The position numbers and the translations under genes were made by a program. From a virus, in the IMG/VR virus record IMGVR_UViG_3300045988_174813: a stretch of 64,000 bases of DNA; one strand, given 5' to 3'. Below, piece by piece: positions 50,471 to 60,852 of the stretch. The notes beneath the pieces are model-generated. The model searched no databases. It was not told the origin of the DNA and worked only from the letters and a program-made list of their open reading frames with translations. Within the stretch, counting starts at the first letter, position 1, and each line of letters opens with the position of its first letter.

Positions 50471-52192
50471 TCAAAACATAAGACGATTATCATATACATT
50501 ATAATCATCTACAAAAATTTGGGGTGTATATTGTCCGCCCCATTCATTTACATTTGCACGCCCTACTACTTCTAAACGCATAGATGATAAATTTTCTATT
50601 TGTTCGATAAACGCACTTGCGCGGAAAAACATATATGCTATACCATTTTGAATTATCTTCACAGTATCTTTATTTTTACCCATTATTTGGACATCTTTCT
50701 TTTCAACATCAATATTAGTTATTGCAATAATTGGTTCTTGGCAACCTTGACCATAAATTGAATGATATTTATCTATATCATAGATTATATCCTCTATATC
50801 ACTATCAAAAGCTTTGCGCTCAAAATTTACTTTATAATATGTTGTGCCAAAATTATATTGAGCTAAATCCTTATCTGCGCGCGCTAATAAATCAGGAATA
50901 AGGTTGTGTTTGATAGATGAACCAAATGCCTAAGAATGTCCTTGGCAATATTCAAATAAGCCAAGCTCTGTAAGATAGCCCTTCAAATCTTCAAGTTTTG
51001 AATTATTTATTCCTCGCGCGGAACCGCGAGAATAGCCTTCATTATTTTCTCGAAGTACAAGAGTTGGCTTTTGGTATCTCGCCGCGCACTTCATTGCAAG
51101 TAACCCATTGAGTGTTGGATTGAGACAATCTTCATCATTCAACTCAACAACTAGTAAATTATGCTTGTCTAGTCCTTGGTCTTGAATACGAAAATCAATT
51201 TGTTCAAGTGCGCACTCTAATTCTTTATTCTAACGAGCCCGCGCGTTCACACAGTTACGAACTACTTGAGTAGCCAATTTTTCACTCATTCCTTTTTCTC
51301 CACGTTTTGTTGAGGGGACAATTTTTTCTCCATCGATAAACGCAAGGAACAAATTTTCTTTTTCTTCCATTGTCCCAACACGAATAAGCGCATTGATAAG
51401 TGGAGTAACATAAAAGGCAATAGAAATATAATTCATGCGCGCACCGATAGAGTAAGACTGCTTGTCAAGAAAAGATTGAAAAAGGAAATTCTTTATTGGC
51501 TTTTCTAAACCCTGCTTTACAAGATAAGCAATTTCTGGTTCAACCATTTGCGCCATATCGCTTATAAGCCCAAGGGCTACCAAGTCAATATAGTCATCAG
51601 CATAATTTACTCCATAAAGGCTATCTAAATAACGACAAAATTGGTAAACTACGCCCGCACCAGTGAGCTGTTTGTTTTTGTAATTTGGTGAAGATTGGTT
51701 ATTGATTATAATTGCATTTTTAGATTGTACATCTACTTCATGATGGTCAAGACAAAGAACAGGTATGCCACAATCGTGGAGTACAGTATGTTGTTCTTCA
51801 TCATTACTACCTGCGTCAGGGACAAGAATTAGGTCAAGAGTTTCACTCTCTTCAATTAGTTCATCAATAAGGTCAGATAGGCCATGTTGCTTAGCAGTAT
51901 GAATTTTGAAATCCAATTGTGCTTCTGGATATAGTCTTTTGATATACATCCATATGGTACTAGCACTTGTCATTCCATCAACATCGCAATCGCAAATAAC
52001 TACAATATGCCCATTTTTTTGGAGCACCTATTTGAGTAAATGCGCGCCTTCTCGAATATTTTCTAAATCTAAGGGAGATTGCAATACTGATTTAGATGGG
52101 TCGCGCAAAACATCTGCATCAGCGCCCCAACTAGCTACTAACTACTTCACATAATTGCTTTTATAATTTTCATTACATAATTTATATTCCAT
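50471..52192 (-). CDS. recJ: RecJ-like DHH single-strand exonuclease, 573 aa with 4 TAG
   Basis: Track ORFs 51230-52027, 50930-51142 and 50471-50683 are in one frame, separated only by TAG. DHH motifs ICDCDVDG, VPDAGSND, CLDHHE, GHS[TAG]AFG. The ATG overlaps the dnaG stop (TAATG). Confidence 0.8.
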
Positions 52193-53247
52193 TATCCACG
52201 TATCACCACTTTCTTTTCCATTAGTCGTTGGAATATTTCTGGCCCTTTATCAATAGGACTATCCTTATAAGCTAGAAGTCCTTCTCTATCAGCAATATAA
52301 TAAAATTGATAATATTTACTATATTTTTCACCAATAGCTCTAATTTTATTCAAATATTTTTCACATTCTGGCGTTCCAATTTTTTCATATTCTTTATCAA
52401 AAGCTAAAATTACATTTTTTACTTTACAATTATGAAGCAGAATTAGTAATTGGTTTTTATTGAGATTACTGCCACAAACGGCTACACTATTATTTTTAGG
52501 AAAATAGCTATCCATGAGCATAACACTCTTTTCGGCCTCAAAAATAATTACAGTCTCATAATAATTTATATCTTCTTTTGTCCAATTCAATCCATATAGA
52601 TTGAGAGACAACGGATGATTATATTGTTTACCTTCTACATATACAGGCCGGTATTTTCCTTGTGATGCTTCTTCTGGATTGAGGGCGCGCCCTCTAATCC
52701 CGACAAGTCTTCCAGCAACATCATAATGAGGTATAATAATCTTATTTTGGCGAATAGAATATCGTATATTGAATTTATCCATAGTTTTTGGTGTTATACC
52801 TTCGCGTAACCATTCTTCGCAATAGGTTTTTGAAAAAGTGTCTAACACTCCAGCAGGGTATTCAGGCAATTCAATAAGTTTACGTTTGAGATATTTCTTT
52901 TGCTTTTCATAGTGAAAAAATTCAAAACCCTCTTCTTCTATTCCACTATCATTCATTATATCAGAAAGAATAGAATAGAAAGGTTTATCTACTCCACGCA
53001 AAGCCCAATATTTTCGGTATAGTTCAAAAATATCAAAGCAATCTCCACACTCTGTATAGCATTGAAACAATTTTGAGTTCCTATAATAATAGAGCTTCAT
53101 ACTTGCTTCTTCGATATTTATATTGTGGCATAAAGTCGGAAAAATAACTGCCGAAGGAGTTTCAATATAATTAGTCGCACCAAGCTTGATAAGTAAATGA
53201 ATTACTTGTTCATCTGTAAGAGACAATCGTACCTCATTAGCTTTCAT
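52192..53247 (-). CDS. dnaG: DnaG-type primase (CHC2 zinc finger plus Toprim), 351 aa
   Basis: LCHN..(17)..CYTECG zinc finger; Toprim-like IIFEAEKSVM...DKEYE. Confidence 0.75.
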   Translation of the reverse strand: MKANEVRLSLTDEQVIHLLIKLGATNYIETPSAVIFPTLCHNINIEEASMKLYYYRNSKLFQCYTECGDCFDIFELYRKYWALRGVDKPFYSILSDIMNDSGIEEEGFEFFHYEKQKKYLKRKLIELPEYPAGVLDTFSKTYCEEWLREGITPKTMDKFNIRYSIRQNKIIIPHYDVAGRLVGIRGRALNPEEASQGKYRPVYVEGKQYNHPLSLNLYGLNWTKEDINYYETVIIFEAEKSVMLMDSYFPKNNSVAVCGSNLNKNQLLILLHNCKVKNVILAFDKEYEKIGTPECEKYLNKIRAIGEKYSKYYQFYYIADREGLLAYKDSPIDKGPEIFQRLMEKKVVIRG

Positions 53248-53248
53248 A

Positions 53249-54895
53249 TTATATCAATCCCACGAATGGGTCTCCTTTCTTCTCTTGTATTTTTTCAAGA
53301 AGCTGGTCAGTAATAAGAAGCTTTTCTTTCTTTTCCACAGGAGGAAGTATTTCACCTGTATTTAGGTCAACTACTGTTTTTTGAATATTCCAAGTAGTAT
53401 CTTCCATCACATACTCTTGCTTGAGTTCACCTATATCTACTCGTTTGAAGAATTGGTCTGTAGCAAATAAATCTGTTCTACGACAAGTTCCTAAATCAAC
53501 TAAACTCCAAATTCTTACCTATGTGTATTTACCTCTACGCATCTTGTATATATCTGTTACAAGGTTTGGTCTAATATTAGATAAAGTTTCAAGTTTATGA
53601 ATTTCTTCGTCTGTTGGCCGTGCCATAATACAACCCATATCTGCTTTATCAGCTAGACTGCGCGCGCCTCGAATAACACTTTCATTTTTTATTTGACGTC
53701 CACCATCTTCTACTTGGGCATTAGTCTGAGTAGACGAAAGAATAAATACATTGAGTTCTACAGCTAAATCTTTTAGCGCAGACCCCATTAGGCCAAGAGC
53801 AACATCTTCTCGAATACGCAAATCACGAAATTCATTCAGCAAAGCAGGATTAGAAAAAATATAGTCATAAAATACATATCCAATATCATTTTCAAGTACC
53901 TGCTGACGCAGCATATACTGTAATTGGGAAATATTTGGATTAGCCATTCGCGCGAGAGTAAGATTATCAGAATATGTATCCATAAGCCAAATAGCTTTTT
54001 GGATTCTTTTTTCTTCTTCACTGTCATAAGTACCAAAAAGTATTTTGTTTTCATTCACACCTGAAAGATAAGCAACTATCATGGTTTGAATTTCATCAAG
54101 CTCTTGCTCTGTCGCAATATATAATACTTTTTCGCAGGCGCCTGCCCATTCCCACGCTTGTTTTTCATTATCATATCTAATTGGGTAAGCTAAATAACAA
54201 GCATCACCAACCATTGTACGGCTTTTACCTATGCCACTAGACGCAGTTCGCAAATAGAATTTTCCTTTGCGCGCCCCACGCACCATTGTATTGAATATTT
54301 TCCCTTGAAGGCGCGCACCCGTATCTGGTTCATTTTTGAGAGTTTGAATAAGTTGAGCTACCTTGAAGTTAGCAGTTTCAACTTTATTTTCTTGAGTAAC
54401 GCCAGCCTTAGTTTCTGCTCCAGTAATTTGCCGACGCAAAGCATTCACAATATCTTGGGGTTTGAGTGCATCAAATAATTCATTGATTTTCTTATCATCA
54501 TCAGTAATAATTGTCTCTACATAGAACCTTGAAGTATCATAACCTAACTTTTTGAGTTCAAAAAGAAGATTGACTTTTTTCATTCTATTATAGTAGTAAT
54601 CAAAGTTACCAAGGTCACTTAGAGCTTCTGCATCATCAAGAAATTCATGCCCATTTTCTTTTTCCCAAACAGCCCAATTAGTGGGATTTTCTTTGAGAAC
54701 ATTTTCAATATCTATAGCGGAAACGCTTTTCGCACCACGCTCATAGAGATTGAAAATTATACCAAATACTTTACGATAAAATGTATTATGAAAATCTGCA
54801 AGAGAAAGAGCATATTTATCTGTTTGGCCAAGGATAGATGGCTGTTTGAGTAAACAACCGATTATTTGGATATATAAATCTTTTTCTTCAAGCAT
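53249..54895 (-). CDS. dnaB: DnaB-type replicative helicase, 548 aa with 1 TAG
   Basis: DnaB N-domain, Walker A SGIGKS. Track ORF 53519-54895 stops at TAG and continues in frame for 89 codons to the TAA at 53249. Confidence 0.8.
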
Positions 54896-54900
54896 TTATA

Positions 54901-55380
54901 TCACTCAATTTCATCTATGTTATATTTAGGTTTACGCTCTTTTTGTTTAGGGATAGGAACCACCTTTATAATCTTTTCCTGTGCTTCTGCTTTTTCAGTA
55001 TCTTTTCTAAACTGCTCATTGATTTTATCGGCGCGCGCATAATAAGCTTGGGCATCATTATAGACATATGGAATGATGCCTATTGTTCTATCTTCAATAG
55101 GACGATTCTCTGGATTATGTTTGACTTCTATCCAATACCTGAGTGCGCGCTCCATACCTAAAAAGCTATATCCATATTTTTCATTATACATTTTGGCTTG
55201 AGTGATAATAGTTGGGCCAGGTGATTTCAAACAAAAAATATAGTTTATATACTCATAGAAATGAGCTCTTTGCTTCGCAATTTCTACACATTCTATATGG
55301 TAATTATGCCCATTGTAAGAAGCCCAATCATTGCTGCCTTTTTCTACTTTTTCTTTACAGTACCAACATTTTACAAGCAT
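54901..55380 (-). CDS. hypothetical zinc-finger protein (helicase loader or accessory?), 159 aa
   Basis: CWYC...H..H.IEC N-terminus; position directly upstream of dnaB. Function is a guess. Confidence 0.55.
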   Translation of the reverse strand: MLVKCWYCKEKVEKGSNDWASYNGHNYHIECVEIAKQRAHFYEYINYIFCLKSPGPTIITQAKMYNEKYGYSFLGMERALRYWIEVKHNPENRPIEDRTIGIIPYVYNDAQAYYARADKINEQFRKDTEKAEAQEKIIKVVPIPKQKERKPKYNIDEIE

Positions 55381-55399
55381 AAATATCCCTCTCTTTCAT

Positions 55400-55432
55400 A
55401 TAAAATAAAAAGAGAGGGAAATAACCCCTCTC
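55400..55432 (-). terminator. rho-independent terminator after the ATPase gene
   Basis: GAGAGGG-N7-CCCTCTC (55412-55432) followed on the minus strand by TTTTTATTTT. Confidence 0.7.
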
Positions 55433-55437
55433 TTATA

Positions 55438-56403
55438 TTACACTAAATCGCGCATTTCAGCAACAACAACCTCATAAAGGTCTTTTTGTGCCGGAGTAAT
55501 ATTGGAGAGTTTCATTTTTTGACCAAAAACCTTTTCAACAATTTCCATTATTCTTTCGGCATTGCGCTCGTCTTTAGAAACAGCCTTACCCCATAGCTCA
55601 CGGGCTTCAGCTTCAACCTCTTCAAAGGAGCGCTCTTCCTGAATGACTGGAGTGCGATTATCTACGACAACGGCACCATCATCCTTTTCAGAACGCTCAA
55701 TTGCACGGCCAATCGCATCTACAAGTTCCTGATAACCAAAAGGAATTACGGGGTCAAGATATTTCCAACGGGAACCAGCCATTACAGTGGGCGTGCGACG
55801 AGTATAGAGAAAACGTTCAGATGTTCCATCTTCCTTGAAACGAACGTCAATATATCCAATAATATCGACAAGCTGATTGACAATAGAATAGCAACGCTTG
55901 TCAAGGTCGGGGCTAAAGAACTCAATTTCACTATCATCAGACTGCTTTTCAACTCTACGAGAAGAATGCGCAATAAGGATAATACCAAGACCCATCATAG
56001 AAATCTTACGAAGAGTTTCTTCAAACTCCTGCTTGACCATCGCATAGCCGCGACCCCAAGGGATATCAGAAATAGACTGTACTCCATTCTGGGCGCAAAT
56101 ATACTTTTCACAAAGCCCATATGCAATGCCAACAGTATCAAAAGTTACTGTATGGAATTTAGCTTGAACTTCTGGCTTTTCTAACTGCTTGACAGCTAAC
56201 TTCAATTCAGACCATTTAGTAATGGGAAGGGCATAAATGCCCGAAAGAGCATTAGTACCAATTTCAAAACTAAAAATCAAATTGTTGGGCAGAGAGGCCG
56301 CGAAAGAAGTCTTTCCGGCTTTCGGCTGAGAATAAATCAGAAGATACTTTGAACGAAGGTCTCGGCTAATTGTTGTAGGCTGAAGGTTCAGTAAATCAAC
56401 CAT
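55438..56403 (-). CDS. phage AAA ATPase (Sak4/AAA_24-like recombination ATPase), 321 aa
   Basis: Walker A YSQPKAGKTS, Walker B-like GIILIAHS; typical neighbour of phage SSB. Confidence 0.6.
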   Translation of the reverse strand: MVDLLNLQPTTISRDLRSKYLLIYSQPKAGKTSFAASLPNNLIFSFEIGTNALSGIYALPITKWSELKLAVKQLEKPEVQAKFHTVTFDTVGIAYGLCEKYICAQNGVQSISDIPWGRGYAMVKQEFEETLRKISMMGLGIILIAHSSRRVEKQSDDSEIEFFSPDLDKRCYSIVNQLVDIIGYIDVRFKEDGTSERFLYTRRTPTVMAGSRWKYLDPVIPFGYQELVDAIGRAIERSEKDDGAVVVDNRTPVIQEERSFEEVEAEARELWGKAVSKDERNAERIMEIVEKVFGQKMKLSNITPAQKDLYEVVVAEMRDLV

Positions 56404-56422
56404 AATTTACCTACCTCCCAAT

Positions 56423-57319
56423 TCAAAATCCTAGGTCTGCACCCTTGGTGGGACGAGCATTTGCAATATTCTTCTGCGCGGCCTTGCGCTTCATCTCTTC
56501 AAGACGCACCTTACGCTCATTGAGAGCCTTAGCAATTTCATTAGTATCATAGGCCTGGTCGCCCTCAAGGCTTCCAGCAGAACCACTAGTAATGATAAGG
56601 TCGCTAGTATTGCGAGTATGAGGAGTGCGAATGGGCTCACCAAAACCTACTTCTTCTTCAGTATAGAAAGTGGTCTTAGAGAAACGAAGCTTACCGCAAA
56701 TCTTTACTGTATCGCCCTTCTGCCAATTGGTCTGAATATGGTCGATAGCATTCTTATTAGTAACCTTATATCCAACAATATCCGCACGGCCACCATACTG
56801 GACAAGAACACCAGTTACAACAAGCGCGCCAGTTGGTTCGTTTTCACGGTCAACTTCATCACGAATATTTGCAATGCAGATAGTATTCTGGAAACGGGTC
56901 TGAGGCTCACAATCAGCCTTAGAAATCTTCTGGAAGAAAGAAGCATTGACCTTCGGGAAAGAAACCGTCTGCTCCTGACGTCCAATATAAGCATTCTCCT
57001 GAATAGTACCAGAAGTAATGCGGATGCGGTCAGCAGTATCAATATCGCTCGCCGCGATAGAAACAAAATTAGAGCGCAAATCATTCACAGACTTATAAGC
57101 CGGATTTTCAGCGCCACTATTAGTATATTTAGTAACGAAGAAACTGACTGGGACATCATTTTCAACCATTCCACCGTCAAGCACTTCATTTACTTTTATA
57201 ATAATTTCACCAGAAAGGTAAGGAACCTTACTGCCGTTCTTGGTAAATTCACCTTCACGAACATTGATTTCACTAAGGATACCTTCGATAAATACTTTAT
57301 TTTCACCCTAATTCAGCAT
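56423..57319 (-). CDS. putative phage single-stranded DNA-binding protein (gp2.5/DUF2815-like), 298 aa with TAG at codon 4
   Basis: AGGAG SD plus ATG CTG AAT TAG...; in frame with track ORF 56423-57184; C-terminal ..GADLGF tail; adjacent to the AAA_24-like ATPase. The family call is inferred. Confidence 0.5.
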
Positions 57320-57440
57320 ATTTTTCTCCTTTATTTTTTCTTTTAGTCATTTTTAGTTGTTTAGAAATATATAAATTGGGACTTACCCAAGAGTATATGT
57401 GTAAGTCCCATATTTATATCAATCAATATTCGATTGTAAA

Positions 57441-57707
57441 TTACTCCGCCTTATCGGGGTCAAAAGCCATGCCTTCCTCAGTGAGGGAAACATACTTCAC
57501 CTTCGCGGTCTTGCCATCCTCAGCAGGAACCTCAGCCTCGGTGCGAATAGCATAAGCAGGATGCTTCTTGGTAGAAGCAAGGCCATTCACAGAACCAGTG
57601 ACAGCAGAGAGAGACACGCCAAGTGCGGCGGCGACATCCTGAGCAGTAACCTTTTCACCATAATGAGCACGAAGATAATCAAATACTTTACGAGAGTTCT
57701 CAGTCAT
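57441..57707 (-). CDS. small winged-helix (MarR-like) DNA-binding protein, 88 aa
   Basis: AAGGAG SD before the ATG at 57707; ..KVTAQDVAAALGVSLSAVTGSVNGLASTK.. HTH; two promoters upstream. Confidence 0.65.
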   Translation of the reverse strand: MTENSRKVFDYLRAHYGEKVTAQDVAAALGVSLSAVTGSVNGLASTKKHPAYAIRTEAEVPAEDGKTAKVKYVSLTEEGMAFDPDKAE

Positions 57708-57789
57708 AATAAACAATTCTCCTTTTACATTTTTGTATAAAATAAATAAATTTTTGGTTCGTTCGGTTGTTCCTCAACCTTACAAACAT

Positions 57790-57818
57790 ATTATATACTA
57801 AATTTTAGAAAAAGTCAA
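57790..57818 (-). promoter_or_regulatory. promoter TTGACT-17-TATAAT upstream of the wHTH gene
   Basis: Minus strand: TTGACT 57813-57818, TATAAT 57790-57795. Confidence 0.55.
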
Positions 57819-57877
57819 AATTTACAAGTTTCTTTCTCTAAAAGGTATACCGAACTCTTTCCTCATTTTCTATATAT

Positions 57878-57906
57878 ATTATATCAGAAAATTCAGAACT
57901 TTTCAA
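57878..57906 (-). promoter_or_regulatory. extended -10 promoter TTGAAA-17-TGaTATAAT
   Basis: Minus strand: TTGAAA 57901-57906, TATAAT 57878-57883, preceded by TGA. Confidence 0.55.
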
Positions 57907-57930
57907 ATTTTACGTTTCACTTTTTTCGAT

Positions 57931-60285
57931 TTAGAGTGCCAGTATATCTAGCACTCTATCTCCATTCTTGACTTTCATTCCTTTCACTCCAACCGCGCTG
58001 CGTCCAGTTTCAGCAATGCTATCACTATCTACTTTCAATGCAGTAGTGCTTGTTGTAAAAGTCAATTCAGTCTTTCCAGTAATTCCAATAAATCCGCACA
58101 TCGTATCTCCATCACCAAGTTTCTGGAGTTTATAACCTTTTACATCTCTATTTGATGTAGGGCAATCTCCAATAGGCGTCTTACTCGTCATTCCATAAGA
58201 AGATACAGATACAATACTCTTTACATCTGAATATATGGGGCGCGCGCAACATACGCTATCTCCATCATTCAATTTCATCCCGCGCACACCCATTGCAACT
58301 TTGCCAATGGGATTTATATCTTTTGTATTTATTATAGCAAATTGGCTGGATTTTGTCAAAATTCCAAGCCGTTCATCATTCATAAAGGAAATAGACACAA
58401 TTTCGTCTCCATCCTTTAGCTTGATGCCTTGTGCGCCCAGAGATTTTTTAGCTTTATATTCTTCGAGAAGAGATTTTTTGAGCATACCTTCTTTGGTTAT
58501 AAAGACAATATACTTGTAGGATTTTGCTTTTACAAAACTCATTATATTCGTAATTTGTTCTCCATCTTGGAGTTTCACCATATCATAGATACTTTGTGCG
58601 CCCTTGATATTCAATTCACTCATTGGATAAGAGTAATATCTTCCCTTATTAGAGAACAGCATCAGCGTTCCAATATTAGTGTCGGTAATCGTATCAATTA
58701 TACATTCACCACTATTGAGTTTTATTTTAGAACCAACTCCTCCTCGACGTTGAACAATAAGGGTTGAAGTTTCTTCTGCAAGAATATTTCCATAATTCGT
58801 TAGCGACACGATAAGTTGCTTTTCTTCAATAATCTCATCCTCAGAAGTAGAGTTGAGATTTAGAACTTGTGTTCTGCGCGCATCGCCAAATTTATTTGCT
58901 ACTTCATGTAGGCCCTTTTCAATTTCTTTCTTGAGTAATGTTTCATCATTGAGGATGGATGTAATGCGCTTCTGCTCAAGTTCAAGATTACCTTTTTCTT
59001 TCAAAAGTTTATCAATTTCCAAATGTGCAAGGCGCGCAAGCTTAATTTCAAGAATTGCTTTTGCCTGCACCTCATCAATGGAAAGAAGTTTCTGAAGCGC
59101 AAGATTGGCACTGCGAGTATCTGAGGATGATTTGATAGTGTGGACAACCTCATCAATCATTGAGATGGCTTTGAAAAGCCCATCAATAATATGAAGGCGC
59201 TCATTGATTTTGTTTAGATCATAATTGAAGCCACGGATGTAAACTTGTTTTTCGTGGGAAAGATAAGCAAGAAGAGCTTCACGCCAAGTAAAGACTTTAG
59301 GATAACGACCATTATCGAGCATTGTGAGATTGACTGGATAGTAATACTCTAATGAAGTATTCTTATAAAGAAACTTCATAATTTTTGCAGGATTTGCGCC
59401 TTTGCTTAGATAAATCTTGATACAAGGCTTTTCACCAGTCAAATCATTGAAACGTTCAATACCTGGATTATTATCTCCGTTGATAATCTCTTCAAGCTGT
59501 CCGCAGATAGTTTCAGTATACACCATATAAGGTATTTCTTTGACAATAAGGCATCTATCCTTACTATCAAACTCAACTACACTACGAAGCTTACAAGCTT
59601 TACCAGTTCCATTTTTATGGCTTTCTTTTACTTCATCGGCATTTAGAAGTATCGCACCTGTCGCAAAGTCAGGAATACAATAAATATCATCGAAAGATGC
59701 ATTTTCATTCCACAAAAGAGTAATAAGTGCATCATTGACTTCTTTCAAATTATATTGAGGTATAGAACTACTCGCGCCGACTCCTATGCCATACGAACCA
59801 TTTACAATATTATAGTATCCTTTGCTTGGAAGTACACTTGGATACTGCTCAGTATTATCATAGTTGTCTCGCCATTCTTCAATGGTATCTTTGTTTATAT
59901 CGGCAAAAAGATATTCACTAAGTTCCGAAAGACGAGAACCTGTATATCGTGGTGCTGCCCAACTACCAGAAGCAAGAAGCGTACCATATGAGCCTTCTAC
60001 ATCAATAAGTGGGTAGCGCATTGAAAAAGGCTGACCTGCGCGCATAATAATTCCCTCTGCGCTACTATCGCCATGGATATATAAACGGAAACTATTGCCA
60101 ATTGCCTTTACAGTCTTATGAAAAGGCTTAGAATGGATAAATTTATCTGTATAAAGGCAATAGAAGATTTGTCTTGCAGATGGTTTACAGAGGTCGCGCA
60201 CATCAACCAAAGCACGTGATTGAAGTACTGCACCTGCATATTGGAGAAAACTTTCTTTTATAATTGGTGTAAGTTCGACTTCCAT
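57931..60285 (-). CDS. gyrA: type IIA topoisomerase subunit A (GyrA/ParC-like), 784 aa, no TAG
   Basis: N-terminal ..YAGAVLQSRALVDVRDLCKPSARQIFY.. and AAPRYT catalytic-Tyr region; beta-pinwheel-like C-terminus. Confidence 0.85.
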   Translation of the reverse strand: MEVELTPIIKESFLQYAGAVLQSRALVDVRDLCKPSARQIFYCLYTDKFIHSKPFHKTVKAIGNSFRLYIHGDSSAEGIIMRAGQPFSMRYPLIDVEGSYGTLLASGSWAAPRYTGSRLSELSEYLFADINKDTIEEWRDNYDNTEQYPSVLPSKGYYNIVNGSYGIGVGASSSIPQYNLKEVNDALITLLWNENASFDDIYCIPDFATGAILLNADEVKESHKNGTGKACKLRSVVEFDSKDRCLIVKEIPYMVYTETICGQLEEIINGDNNPGIERFNDLTGEKPCIKIYLSKGANPAKIMKFLYKNTSLEYYYPVNLTMLDNGRYPKVFTWREALLAYLSHEKQVYIRGFNYDLNKINERLHIIDGLFKAISMIDEVVHTIKSSSDTRSANLALQKLLSIDEVQAKAILEIKLARLAHLEIDKLLKEKGNLELEQKRITSILNDETLLKKEIEKGLHEVANKFGDARRTQVLNLNSTSEDEIIEEKQLIVSLTNYGNILAEETSTLIVQRRGGVGSKIKLNSGECIIDTITDTNIGTLMLFSNKGRYYSYPMSELNIKGAQSIYDMVKLQDGEQITNIMSFVKAKSYKYIVFITKEGMLKKSLLEEYKAKKSLGAQGIKLKDGDEIVSISFMNDERLGILTKSSQFAIINTKDINPIGKVAMGVRGMKLNDGDSVCCARPIYSDVKSIVSVSSYGMTSKTPIGDCPTSNRDVKGYKLQKLGDGDTMCGFIGITGKTELTFTTSTTALKVDSDSIAETGRSAVGVKGMKVKNGDRVLDILAL

Positions 60286-60316
60286 TTCTTTTCTCCTTTC
60301 TTTACATTATATAAAT

Positions 60317-60345
60317 ATTATATCATAAAAAGAGAGGAAAATCAA
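60317..60345 (-). promoter_or_regulatory. extended -10 promoter upstream of gyrA (TTGATT-17-TGaTATAAT)
   Basis: Minus strand: TTGATT 60340-60345, TATAAT 60317-60322; overlaps the stop of CDS 60342-60848. Confidence 0.55.
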
Positions 60346-60848
60346 ATTTCCTCTCCAAAATCACAGTCAAAGAATAATGGCGAAAATAACATTTTCAAAC
60401 CAAAATATAGTTCTTCAACTGAATTATATTTATAATAAAAACCTTTAGGCAATTGACTGGCAATAGTAAGAAGTTCTTCATCTTTCCAGGCATTAGATGG
60501 CGCGACTTCAAGCCATTTTGGGCTAAGAAGTGCGCTAACATCTATTTTTGATACATTCAAAAGATAAAGCTCATTTTCATCACCCAAAATAAAGAAAAAA
60601 TTTTTACCAATAGGTATCTTTTCTTTATCTACTAATTTACGATAATAACAAAGAAGCTGGCATAAAATTTGTGCGCGTGTTTTTTCATTGGTGAAATTTC
60701 TCTTATATTTTAGTTCAAGAATACCAACAGGTTTCCCATCTATTCTTACAATGCCATCCGAACGATATTCATTCGTAATAGTAATATGACTGGAAGTTTT
60801 TATATCAATAGCTTGCTTGATAGCAAATTCAACGTCTTTTTCAACCAT
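60342..60848 (-). CDS. PD-(D/E)XK-like nuclease-fold protein inserted between topoisomerase subunit genes, 168 aa
   Basis: ..RIDGKPVGILELKYK.. fits a D-(x)n-E-x-K motif. The family call is inferred from the motif only. Confidence 0.5.
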   Translation of the reverse strand: MVEKDVEFAIKQAIDIKTSSHITITNEYRSDGIVRIDGKPVGILELKYKRNFTNEKTRAQILCQLLCYYRKLVDKEKIPIGKNFFFILGDENELYLLNVSKIDVSALLSPKWLEVAPSNAWKDEELLTIASQLPKGFYYKYNSVEELYFGLKMLFSPLFFDCDFGEEI

Positions 60849-60852
60849 TTTA

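Noticed and set aside
50471-54895. Introns or inteins as the cause of the split RecJ and DnaB track ORFs
   Set aside because: The pieces abut directly. Only one TAG codon separates them, with no inserted sequence.
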